DNA from: Thermodesulfobacteriota bacterium
Lineage (GTDB): Bacteria > Desulfobacterota > WTBG01 > JAGOGO01
Assembly: GCA_026625185.1 (NCBI GenBank)
Contig: CP113000.1
Span: 855,161-919,160 of the forward strand
Length of the DNA: 64,000 nt
Direction: 5' to 3'
The notes under the pieces are model-generated. The model saw only the letters and a program-made list of their open reading frames with translations. It made no database searches and was not told the origin of the DNA. The translations under genes and the position numbers were made by a program. Below are positions 31,620 to 40,125 of this stretch, one piece after another; position 1 is the stretch's first letter; the number at the start of each line of letters is the position of its first letter.

Positions 31620-33140
31620 ATGCCGCCAAAAAAAATTGAAAGATTTGCCCAAAAAATTTTCCTGAGTATTCTGGTTTCAGGTTTATTCTTGATTTCTTTC
31701 TCCTTCTCCGGCTGTGCTGTTAACCCGGTTACGAGACAAACTCAGTTCATGACGGTTTCCGAAGAACGGGAATTTAACATGGGGCAGCAGCTGGATAAGC
31801 AAGTCCGGGAAGAGATGGGCTTTTATTTGGAAGTACCTGAGCTTCGCTCTTTAGTCAAGCAAACCGGGGGGGCTATAAGTCAGAATGGTGCCCGGGCCAA
31901 AACCCTTAACTATCGGTTTGAAATTGTGGACTCACCTGATTTTAATGCGTTTGCTTTGCCCGGGGGCTTTGTCTATGTCCACCGTGGGCTCTTGGATAAA
32001 GTAAACTCAACGGATGAGCTTGCCTCAGTGTTAGGGCATGAAATTGCCCACGTGGATGCCCGGCATTCGGCGGCTCTGATTTCCAAAGTCGAGTTGTTGA
32101 ACATTGGACTTTTGGCAGCCAATGTGGCGACCCAAGGCGCTGTTCAGCAGTTCGGTGACTTAATAAATATAGGCGCGGTGTTAACGTTAAACAAGTTTTC
32201 CCGGGATGCGGAACGGGAAGCTGACCACTATGGAACACTCTATATGTCAAAATCTGGATATAACCCCAAATCGTCTCTCGAAGTTATGAAGGCAATTCAA
32301 CGGATTCAGGTTCGAGAGCCAAACAACGTTGAGACCTGGTTTATGACCCATCCCCCTACGAGTGAACGGCTGGTAAACCTAGATCACGAGATTGGCAACA
32401 TTCAGCAGATTCAACCAACAGCATTGAACACCCCGATAAAACGAAATCAGTATATAAGGACGCTTGACGGTCTGGCAGTAGGAGAATGGAATGGACAGGA
32501 ATTAATAAGGGGAGATTACTATTACAACAAAGAATTTCTCCTTAAAATGAAATTGCCGGAAGGGTGGGAAGGCCAAATAAACAACAAAACATATACTGCT
32601 GTTTTTGGACAGCCCAAAAAAGATCTTTACGTAATGTTCAACGTCGAACCCTTAAGAACTCAGAAGACCTCTGAAGATTATTTTCGTGACTTTGAAAAAA
32701 AGCTGGGGCAACGTGGCCTGAAAAAAGATGGCACAACTTCCTCTAATACAAAATATGGCGGAGGAATAGGTGCCTACAAAGGATCAAGCGATAGCCTGGG
32801 CGCTATTAAGGGAGTTGGGTTTGCTTTTGTTAATGACATTAATGGCTATTCCCTGCTTGGTATAAGCAAGACAGCTGATTTTCAAACATTTCGGCCGCTG
32901 GTGGAATCAATGGTCCAAAGCCTTACCTTTATCTCCCAAAAGGAAGCCGCTGACCTCCAACCTGCTCGTCTGAAAGTCCATGAGGTAAAAGGGGGAGAGA
33001 CCTGGGAAAGCATCATGAAAAAGTATTTTAGTACCTCGGAGGGAAAAGAAAAACTGGCCGAGTATAATGGACTGCTGGTTAACCAAAACCCTGCTGCGGG
33101 TATTCTCCTTAAGATCCCGCCCACACTCCACTTTCAATAA
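31620..33140 (+). CDS. M48 family metalloprotease (BepA-like) lipoprotein with a C-terminal LysM domain
   Basis: The product has the FSGC lipobox, the HEIAHVDARH zinc motif and a LysM-like C-terminus. Confidence 0.75.
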   Translation: MPPKKIERFAQKIFLSILVSGLFLISFSFSGCAVNPVTRQTQFMTVSEEREFNMGQQLDKQVREEMGFYLEVPELRSLVKQTGGAISQNGARAKTLNYRFEIVDSPDFNAFALPGGFVYVHRGLLDKVNSTDELASVLGHEIAHVDARHSAALISKVELLNIGLLAANVATQGAVQQFGDLINIGAVLTLNKFSRDAEREADHYGTLYMSKSGYNPKSSLEVMKAIQRIQVREPNNVETWFMTHPPTSERLVNLDHEIGNIQQIQPTALNTPIKRNQYIRTLDGLAVGEWNGQELIRGDYYYNKEFLLKMKLPEGWEGQINNKTYTAVFGQPKKDLYVMFNVEPLRTQKTSEDYFRDFEKKLGQRGLKKDGTTSSNTKYGGGIGAYKGSSDSLGAIKGVGFAFVNDINGYSLLGISKTADFQTFRPLVESMVQSLTFISQKEAADLQPARLKVHEVKGGETWESIMKKYFSTSEGKEKLAEYNGLLVNQNPAAGILLKIPPTLHFQ

Positions 33141-33582
33141 CAGCGATAGGAAGACTTCTCTACTTTCTGAATGAGAATGAAAAGCATAAACCTCGTTCCG
33201 AGCAATCTGACGGGGTTTTTTTCTGTTGTCTCGTTTGCCCCTGTCCAAGCTTGACAACGAATTAGGGATAAAAATTTCTGAGCAAGGGGGCCCCGCCTTT
33301 TTCCCACAATGAATGGATTTATCCTATGTAAAAAATCCGTGGTTTCCCTGATAAAACCGGCCTCATAACCCTTGCCTTTTCTTGCAACCCTATTCTTGTA
33401 AGCAACACAAGAAAATCCCTGTTGAAATTCATAAGGGAGATAAGTTAGAATATTTGCACCGAGTGCTGATATCGCCCTAAAAATAAGAGCATATCAGCAT
33501 TACGTGACAATGTGCATGAGTTTGTTAACCATAGGGATCAAAAAGCCCCCCTTTTTTTTCATGGTAAGATGCGGAATAATAA

Positions 33583-33700
33583 CAAGTTGCATTCAAAAGT
33601 AGATCGAGGCGGCGACGAGGAATCGACGCAGGCGTATATTTTTGTACGTCGAGGAGTATGACGAGGAGCCAACAAAGATATACAAATGAAGGCAACTTGG
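33583..33700 (+). repeat. Copy A of a 118-nt repeat with a terminal closing helix (CAAGTTGC...GCAACTTG), 23 nt upstream of the GT4 gene
   Basis: It is about 96% identical to copy B at 38045-38162 and contains four CGAGG(A/C)G motifs. Confidence 0.6.
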
Positions 33701-33723
33701 TATAAGGTGAAAGGTAGGAATCG

Positions 33724-34884
33724 GTGAAGATTGCCCTGATTCGAAAAGACTATTCTCTTGCCTGGGGAGGGGCGGAGCGCTACGCGGTCAATTTGAGTGA
33801 ATGCCTGGCCAGAATGGGGCATGAAGTCCATGTGTTTGCTAATACGTGGAGCAGGCCCCCTGATCATGGGATTTCAATCCATAAAGTTCCTATCTTAACC
33901 ATTTCTTCTTCGTTAAAAAATTTATCATTTGCTTATAATTGTCGAAAACTTCTTGCCCGTGAAAATTTTGACATAGTCCATTCCCTCTCCCAGACTTTTT
34001 CCCAGGACATATACCGGATGGGAGACGGCATCCACCGACACTGGCTTACCATACAGACCCCCAATTTTTTTTACCGCTTTTTAAAAACCTTAACTCCCCG
34101 GCAGCAGGTTATTTTATTCCTCGAAAAAAAGACGTTTCATCCTTTACAGTATAAAATGATTATTTGCATCTCTCAACTTTGCAAAAAACACGCTATGAGT
34201 TACTTTAAGGTTCCGGAGGAGAAGATCCGTGTGATTTATAATGGCGTTGATCACGCGCAATTTAATCCGGGCTTAAGGAACCGGTACAATAAGGAAATTC
34301 GCAAAAAATTACAGATACCCGAGGAAGCCGTCGTTATTCTCTTCATCGCGAACAACTTTAAACGAAAAGGACTAAAGCATCTTCTTCAATCTCTTCCCTT
34401 AATCCAAAGAGGGAAAGAACCCCTAACCGTTTTAGTGGTTGGCCGGGGCAATCCTCTTCCGTTCCGCCGCATTGCGGAGCAGATTGAGCTGTCCGACCAA
34501 TTACTTTTTGTGGCGCAAACTGATAATATTTTTCAGTATTATGGAGTTGGCGATATCGTCGCGCACCCTGCTCTCTCTGACCCCTTCTCCAATGTTTGTT
34601 TGGAAGCGTTAGCCTGCGGAATTCCCGTTATAACGACGAAAGAGACCGGAGCCTCAGAAATCATTCGTCCCGAAGAAACCGGGGTTGTCATCTCAGACCC
34701 TCATGACCATGCGGCATTAGCCGCCGGCATTTCCCGTTTTCTCCCGCACGAGGTAAGGGATTTGGTGAGAAAAAAAGCTTCTCAATCTGTCCAAAATTTT
34801 ACCATTGAGGAAAATACCCTTAAAACTTTGAAAGCTTATAAACAGGTTCTGGAGATAAAAAAACATAAAGGCGGTTTTCAATAA
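33724..34884 (+). CDS. GT4 family glycosyltransferase (GTG start)
   Basis: The N-terminal MKIALIRKDYSLAWGGAERY is GT4/WaaG-like, with the C-terminal EX7E region. Confidence 0.8.
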   Translation: MKIALIRKDYSLAWGGAERYAVNLSECLARMGHEVHVFANTWSRPPDHGISIHKVPILTISSSLKNLSFAYNCRKLLARENFDIVHSLSQTFSQDIYRMGDGIHRHWLTIQTPNFFYRFLKTLTPRQQVILFLEKKTFHPLQYKMIICISQLCKKHAMSYFKVPEEKIRVIYNGVDHAQFNPGLRNRYNKEIRKKLQIPEEAVVILFIANNFKRKGLKHLLQSLPLIQRGKEPLTVLVVGRGNPLPFRRIAEQIELSDQLLFVAQTDNIFQYYGVGDIVAHPALSDPFSNVCLEALACGIPVITTKETGASEIIRPEETGVVISDPHDHAALAAGISRFLPHEVRDLVRKKASQSVQNFTIEENTLKTLKAYKQVLEIKKHKGGFQ

Positions 34885-34941
34885 ATGGAACAAAAAATTT
34901 ACTAAAGCAGCGGTTGATTCCGATTCGTGGTTTCTGAAAAA

Positions 34942-34987
34942 GTTTACCCCGTTAGAAACCCAGTTAGATATCAAATAGCTAACAGGG
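34942..34987. repeat. Copy X1 of a short hairpin-containing repeat (GTTTACCCCGTTAGAAA...CCAGTTAGATATCAAATAGCTAACAGGG)
   Basis: It is homologous to 59393-59448 and a partial copy sits at 35054-35077. Confidence 0.5.
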
Positions 34988-35257
34988 GGAAGAAGCAGGG
35001 TGTAAATCCCATTAGAAAATTTTCTTACTGGATGAATGCCTTGCTTGCCCTGTCAGATTCCAAAATATCTAACCGGGTGAAAAATTCCTCCAAGGGGGTT
35101 TACAAAGTTGGCGAAGAAGTCACAACTTTTCTGATTCAAATAAAGCAGATTGACATTAATTAATGTTTAAATTATAAATTCATTTTATTTCAGATAAAAA
35201 GGCACGGAATCCGCTTCAAGAATTCAAAATCATAATTTTGTCTGGGAGGATAACGTG

Positions 35258-36193
35258 ATGTCTAAAGGCATCTTTTTTTTATTTTTTTTGTTTTTTTTTG
35301 TTTTTACCAACGCTGTTAAGGCGGCTGAGCCCGAACAACATCTTGTGATTCTCTATAATAGTGATACTAAAGGCTATATAGAGGGCTGCGGTTGAAAGCA
35401 CGAACAAGGGGGACTGGCCCGGCGGGCCGGCTTAGTGAAAGAATTGAGAGAGAAAAATAAAAACACCATCCTTCTGGACGGTGGGGACTCTATTTCCGCA
35501 GGGAAGGATCTCCCTGAACTAAGGGCTGAAATCAGTATGGAGGCATTAGGCCTCATGCATTATGATGCACTTAATATAGCTGACGGAGAATTGGGTTTGG
35601 GTGAAAAATTTTTTCAAGATCTCCAAAAAAAAGTTTCGTTTCCCTTATTATCCGCCAATCTTTTTAAAAACAAAAAGCTTTTAGGCCAGGACTATCTCAT
35701 AAGGAAATTTGAAGGATTTACCGTGGGTATCATTGGCCTAGTTTCTCCAATCTATTTTAATCCCGAACTCTTAGCCAAAGAAGGTTTAGAGATCAAAGAC
35801 CCGGAAGAAACCCTTAATGAAATTTTACCTAGGTTGAAGTCAGAGGCAAGCATCATTATCCTCCTTTCCCACTTAGGTAAAAATGAGACCACCTTGTTAC
35901 TCCGAAAGATGTCCGGGGTCAATGTGGCGATTGTCGGACATGATCCGGGAATGCTTAACCAGCCAGCATTATGGAACAAAACGATTTTGGTACAAAACAG
36001 TTCGCAGGGAAAATTTCTCGGAGTCTTAGATCTTACCATAGGAACAAAGGGAGTCATAGAAAATTATACCGTAAACATGGTTAACATTACGGAGAATACT
36101 CCTTCTGACCCGGAGGTTATCGCTCTCATTCGTGAGTTTAAAAAAAAGAAAAACTCTCAACCCCCTCAAACAAAACAAAAGCGCCCTGAATAA
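35258..36193 (+). CDS. Secreted 5'-nucleotidase/metallophosphoesterase-like protein interrupted by one in-frame TGA at 35393-35395 (candidate selenocysteine site, or a pseudogene)
   Basis: It has a GGAGGA ribosome-binding site, an ATG and a signal peptide. The homology (ILYNSDTKG...GGLARRAGLVKELREKN..ILLDGGD) runs in one frame across the TGA. The ORF downstream of the TGA has only a GTG and no ribosome-binding site. Confidence 0.5.
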
Positions 36194-36224
36194 GGGATAA
36201 TGTATTTGCCCTCCAAAAAAACAT

Positions 36225-37019
36225 ATGGTGACCATTGTAATCCCTCACTATCAGACCCTCGAGATTATAAGATTATGCCTGAGGTCCATTCGAAAGTTTA
36301 CCCCCCAACCTTATAAAGTAATCGTTGTTGATAATGATTCTCAGGATGAATCTCTTGAATATTTGAAATCCGTTAAATGGCTACACCTTATTCAAAGAAA
36401 AGAGGTGGCGAAAAGGGGGTCCTGGGCTCATGGTTCAGCATTGGATATTGGACTCACGAATACCCAGACAGAATTTTTTCTTGCTCTCCACTCCGATGTA
36501 ATGATTAAGGACTCCTCCTGGCTTAATAAGCTGCTTGCCCCTCTTCAGCAAAATCCTGCTTTATTTTGTGTGGGAACGGGAAAGTTAGAGGATGTTCCCT
36601 TGGCCTATCGAGTATTTAAAAAAATGGGGGACGTAAAAGGACTCCTTCGTTTTTTGAAGACCGACCTTCTTCGCCACCCTGACCGGATTCTCCCCGAGTA
36701 TATTCGAACCACCTGTGCCGTCTATCGAACTGAAATCTTAAAAAAAGAAAGGTTATCTTTCCTTCCTCGCGAGGAGCAGGGAATGACCTCCGGGCAAGCT
36801 CTCTATTATGAACTGGTTAAAAGAGGATACCAAACCCTTTACCTTCCTCCAGGAGAATTAAAAAAAATGATTGACCACCTATGCCACGGCACCATGATTT
36901 TAAACCCTGAGCTTGGGGCACGAAAACGAACAATATCAAAAGGCATCCGAAGGATCAAAAGAGAACTGAGCGAAGGATGGATAAAAAGTCTTTTAAAAGA
37001 TTCTACCTTGGATCAGTAA
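36225..37019 (+). CDS. GT2 family glycosyltransferase
   Basis: The product starts IVIPHYQT and has the VVDNDSQDES DxD region. Confidence 0.8.
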   Translation: MVTIVIPHYQTLEIIRLCLRSIRKFTPQPYKVIVVDNDSQDESLEYLKSVKWLHLIQRKEVAKRGSWAHGSALDIGLTNTQTEFFLALHSDVMIKDSSWLNKLLAPLQQNPALFCVGTGKLEDVPLAYRVFKKMGDVKGLLRFLKTDLLRHPDRILPEYIRTTCAVYRTEILKKERLSFLPREEQGMTSGQALYYELVKRGYQTLYLPPGELKKMIDHLCHGTMILNPELGARKRTISKGIRRIKRELSEGWIKSLLKDSTLDQ

Positions 37020-37167
37020 ACTCCGTAAGAAGGCTTTTTCACCCTGTTAGCCATTTGATATCTAAACGGGTTTCTAACTGAGTAAAAACGTGGCAATGAA
37101 GAAGTAAGCTGCAAAAAAAGTTTTACAAAAATCAAAAAACCAACTCATATAAGACTCAACTACCACT

Positions 37168-38025
37168 ATGAAATCTTTGCCTTTACCAAGCAATTTAGTC
37201 TTCCGCAACCATATGGTTATTAACCGAGAGTTCGAACCCTTGTTAAAAGAAAACGGTTTAGATGATTTTGATGCAATGATGAAATTCGATAAAGGGGAAG
37301 TAGTTAAACAAAAAAGCAAATACCGCTCTACCATTCATTTTTATCTTACAGAAAAAGAACGCAGGGTTTCCGTTTATCTTAAGCGTTACCGCTTTTCTTT
37401 GATATCCGAGTTTGTGAAAAATTGCTTCTTTTTTTTTCGAACCTATTCGGCTATTTATGAATGGAGATGCATCCTTAAATTTAAGGCATCCAATCTCCCT
37501 ACCATGACCCCTATTGCCGTGGGAATGCGACGGCGAATTCCTTTTTGGAATGAATCCTTCCTTTTAACCCAAGGAATTACACCTACAAAAACCCTCGAAC
37601 AAGAATTGGAAAATTATCCCCCTCCCCTGGATAGTATTCGGGTACAACAAAAAAGGGTCTTGATTGCTAAACTGGCAGCGCTTACCCAGAGAATGCATGG
37701 GGAGGGCTTTAAACATCAAGATTTCTACCTATGCCATATCTTGGTAAACTCAAGTGTTCCAGATGATCCTCTCCTTTATGTTGCCGATCTCCACCGGGTG
37801 AGGAGAAAGAAAAAAAATAACAAAAGCTGGCAAATCAAAGACCTGGCCGCGCTTAATTATTCTGCTTCCCAGAAATTTATAAGCCGAACCGACCGGCTCC
37901 GATTTATGAAACACTATGACCCGATTTTAGCCAATGACCTTCTCTTCCTTAAAAAGATAGTGAAAAAGACCGCGCAAATTCAAAGCCATGAAGAAAAAAA
38001 AGATAAAAACTCACATCGGGCGTGA
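37168..38025 (+). CDS. Lipopolysaccharide kinase (Kdo/WaaP family) protein
   Basis: The product has the kinase-like HQDFYLCHILV catalytic-loop pattern. Confidence 0.65.
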   Translation: MKSLPLPSNLVFRNHMVINREFEPLLKENGLDDFDAMMKFDKGEVVKQKSKYRSTIHFYLTEKERRVSVYLKRYRFSLISEFVKNCFFFFRTYSAIYEWRCILKFKASNLPTMTPIAVGMRRRIPFWNESFLLTQGITPTKTLEQELENYPPPLDSIRVQQKRVLIAKLAALTQRMHGEGFKHQDFYLCHILVNSSVPDDPLLYVADLHRVRRKKKNNKSWQIKDLAALNYSASQKFISRTDRLRFMKHYDPILANDLLFLKKIVKKTAQIQSHEEKKDKNSHRA

Positions 38026-38044
38026 TGCGAGCTTAGACTCATAC

Positions 38045-38162
38045 CAAGTTGCATTCAAAAGTAGATCGAGGCGGCGACGAGGAATCGACGCAGGCGTACA
38101 TTTTAGTACGTCGAGAAGTATGACGAGGAGCCAACAAAGATATACAAATGAAGGCGACTTGG
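38045..38162 (+). repeat. Copy B of the 118-nt repeat, overlapping the 5' end of the LarE-like ORF
   Basis: See copy A. Its differences from A preserve base pairing. Confidence 0.6.
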
Positions 38163-39016
38163 CATCAAAAGCTAATTCCCTGCGAAAAATCCTTCGGGAG
38201 ATGGGACGAATACTGCTTGCTTTTTCAGGGGGAGTGGATAGCGCTTTTCTCCTTAAAATCGCGTATGAAGAATTGGTTGAGAATGTTCTCGCAGTTACCG
38301 CTGTTTCTCCAATTCACCCAACGGAAGACTATGAAAGCGCTTGCCGGATTGCGCGTTCTTTCAAAATAAAGCACATGGTGATCGAAACCAATGAACTAAA
38401 AAACCCCAACTTCTGGAGCAACCCTCCTGACCGATGTTATTTTTGTAAAAAGGAACTTTTTCAGACATTACAAGCTATCGCTCGCCAAAAAAACATCGCT
38501 TTTGTGATTGATGCCAGCACCATTGATGATTTATCAGACTTTCGGCCGGGAAGAACCGCGGCGCAAGAAGAAGGCATAAGAAGTCCGCTTATAGAAGCGA
38601 GGTTTACCAAAAAAGAAATTCGGACCCTCTCCCAAGAAATGGGATTGCCGACCTGGAATAAACCCTCCATGGCGTGCCTGGCATCAAGGTTCCCGTACGG
38701 CGAGTTCATTAGTCTTGAGAAGATAAACCGCGTGGCTCGCGCGGAGAATTTTCTTCGGGACTTCGGCTTCAGCCAGGTCCGGGTAAGAAGTCATGATAAA
38801 CTTGCCCGCATTGAAGTTGATGCTGAGGACATTCAAAAACTTACTAATCCTGAACTTCGTGAAAAAATTATTAACGAGCTAAAGCATCTGGGCTTTATTT
38901 ATGTCACCATTGACCTTGAAGGTTATAGGACCGGAAGTCAAAATGAAGTTTTGACGGTTTCGGGGGACGCAAAGAGCAAAGAGCCTGGAGCAGGGGGCGA
39001 GGATTATATTTCGTGA
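38120..39016 (+). CDS. LarE-like PP-loop ATP-utilising enzyme (TIGR00268 family). The start is uncertain: the ATG at 38120 lies inside the repeat and there is an alternative ATG at 38201.
   Basis: The product has the SGGVDS PP-loop and a CLASRFPYG Cys motif. Confidence 0.7.
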   Translation: MTRSQQRYTNEGDLASKANSLRKILREMGRILLAFSGGVDSAFLLKIAYEELVENVLAVTAVSPIHPTEDYESACRIARSFKIKHMVIETNELKNPNFWSNPPDRCYFCKKELFQTLQAIARQKNIAFVIDASTIDDLSDFRPGRTAAQEEGIRSPLIEARFTKKEIRTLSQEMGLPTWNKPSMACLASRFPYGEFISLEKINRVARAENFLRDFGFSQVRVRSHDKLARIEVDAEDIQKLTNPELREKIINELKHLGFIYVTIDLEGYRTGSQNEVLTVSGDAKSKEPGAGGEDYIS

Positions 39017-39288
39017 AACGTGAGCACGTAATGCGTGAAGTGTTTTAACACCTTACGCTTTACGATTTTCATTTCACGTTTTGTTTTTTCTTGACATTTT
39101 CATTGGTTAGTTTTACAAAACACTAAATATCAACCCCAAAAAAGAATAGGGACGGAAAGGAACCGGGAGTCTTTTATGGGAAGAATTTTTAAGACTGATG
39201 AGGAATAAAATAAGGCCGAATCGCCGGACATAAAGGTGATAGGCCTTTTTGGTTTCGGGACTCAGCTTAGTTGGTGGCTTCGAACCGG

Positions 39289-39307
39289 CTTATACAGTCT
39301 GTATAAG
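39289..39307. promoter_or_regulatory. Palindromic operator candidate CTTATACAGtCTGTATAAG
   Basis: It is a perfect inverted repeat and the same motif recurs at 39425 and 49153. Confidence 0.4.
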
Positions 39308-39424
39308 ACCGGAGCTATCAAAACAACAAAATGGTTTAACAATATAATATTATATGATATTTATAATTTATTAGAAAAAATCGGAAACGTCTTATACAGA
39401 AAGCAACAGTCTGTGTTTGCTGTA

Positions 39425-39441
39425 TTATACAGACTGTATAA
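39425..39441. promoter_or_regulatory. Palindromic operator TTATACAGaCTGTATAA overlapping a TATAAT -10 box upstream of the 39470 gene
   Basis: It is a perfect inverted repeat with TATAAT inside it, followed about 25 nt later by a ribosome-binding site and the ATG. Confidence 0.45.
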
Positions 39442-39469
39442 TCAGTGTTAGATTAAGGAAGTTAGCTAA

Positions 39470-40054
39470 ATGAATATACGAAGTCTACAATACGGAATAA
39501 CAATATGCGCTCTACTGGTTGCACTTGCGCATATCATATGGCCAAGTCTTACTATTGATGCCATCACTGTTACTCTAATTTTCATTGCGTTAGTTCCGTG
39601 GTTAGCGCCCCTGTTCAAATCACTCGAACTCCCTGGTCGATTGAAAATTGAATTCCAGGACTTTGAGCGTGCGCGGACAAAGGCTGATAAAGCAGGGTTG
39701 TTAAGTGAGTTTCCACGAATTGAATCCGAAAGACAATACTCATTCCAACTCGTTGCACAAGAAGACCCGAAACTAGCGTTGGCGGGGCTTCGTATTGAGA
39801 TTGAAAAACGATTAACCGAAATAGCTGAATCGAATAACATAAACCCGGAAAAGGCAGGCATAGGCCGTTTGTTAAGGATCTTAGGAGAAAGACAATTGCT
39901 ATCTCAAGAGCAACGCTCCGCATTAGCAGACATGGTAGGTTTACTCAATTCAGCGGTTCATGGGGGAGAAATAGATAATCGGGCTGCTGAATGGGCATTA
40001 GATGTTGGTCCAAGGCTAGTCAGTGCATTAGAGGCCAAAGTAAATAAAATCTAA
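39470..40054 (+). CDS. Membrane protein (2 TM helices) with a DUF4145-like C-terminal domain
   Basis: The product has an N-terminal TM pair. The C-terminal GLLNSAVHGGEIDNRAAEWAL resembles the DUF4145 core. Confidence 0.4.
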   Translation: MNIRSLQYGITICALLVALAHIIWPSLTIDAITVTLIFIALVPWLAPLFKSLELPGRLKIEFQDFERARTKADKAGLLSEFPRIESERQYSFQLVAQEDPKLALAGLRIEIEKRLTEIAESNNINPEKAGIGRLLRILGERQLLSQEQRSALADMVGLLNSAVHGGEIDNRAAEWALDVGPRLVSALEAKVNKI

Positions 40055-40125
40055 CCAACCAATCCACCGGACGGCTTTCAGCCGCCGGTGATCGGTACGT
40101 TAGGCTGCTGGTTTGATGACATTGA

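Noticed and set aside
34927-35163. 78-aa plus-strand ORF after the GT4 gene
   Set aside because: It runs through the X1 hairpin repeat copies. It is an artefact of the repeat, with no ribosome-binding site.
35435-36193. Treating the 252-aa ORF as an independent gene
   Set aside because: It begins with GTG and has no ribosome-binding site. The homology and signal peptide extend upstream in frame across a single TGA, so it is the 3' part of the 35258 gene.
39236-39451. 71-aa plus-strand ORF in the track, and a tRNA-like GGCTTCGAACCGGC segment
   Set aside because: The ORF is assembled from the palindromic operator repeats in a long regulatory spacer and has no ribosome-binding site. The TTCGAA segment does not form a T-arm: flanks GCCGG and CCACC are not complementary. 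No cloverleaf is possible.
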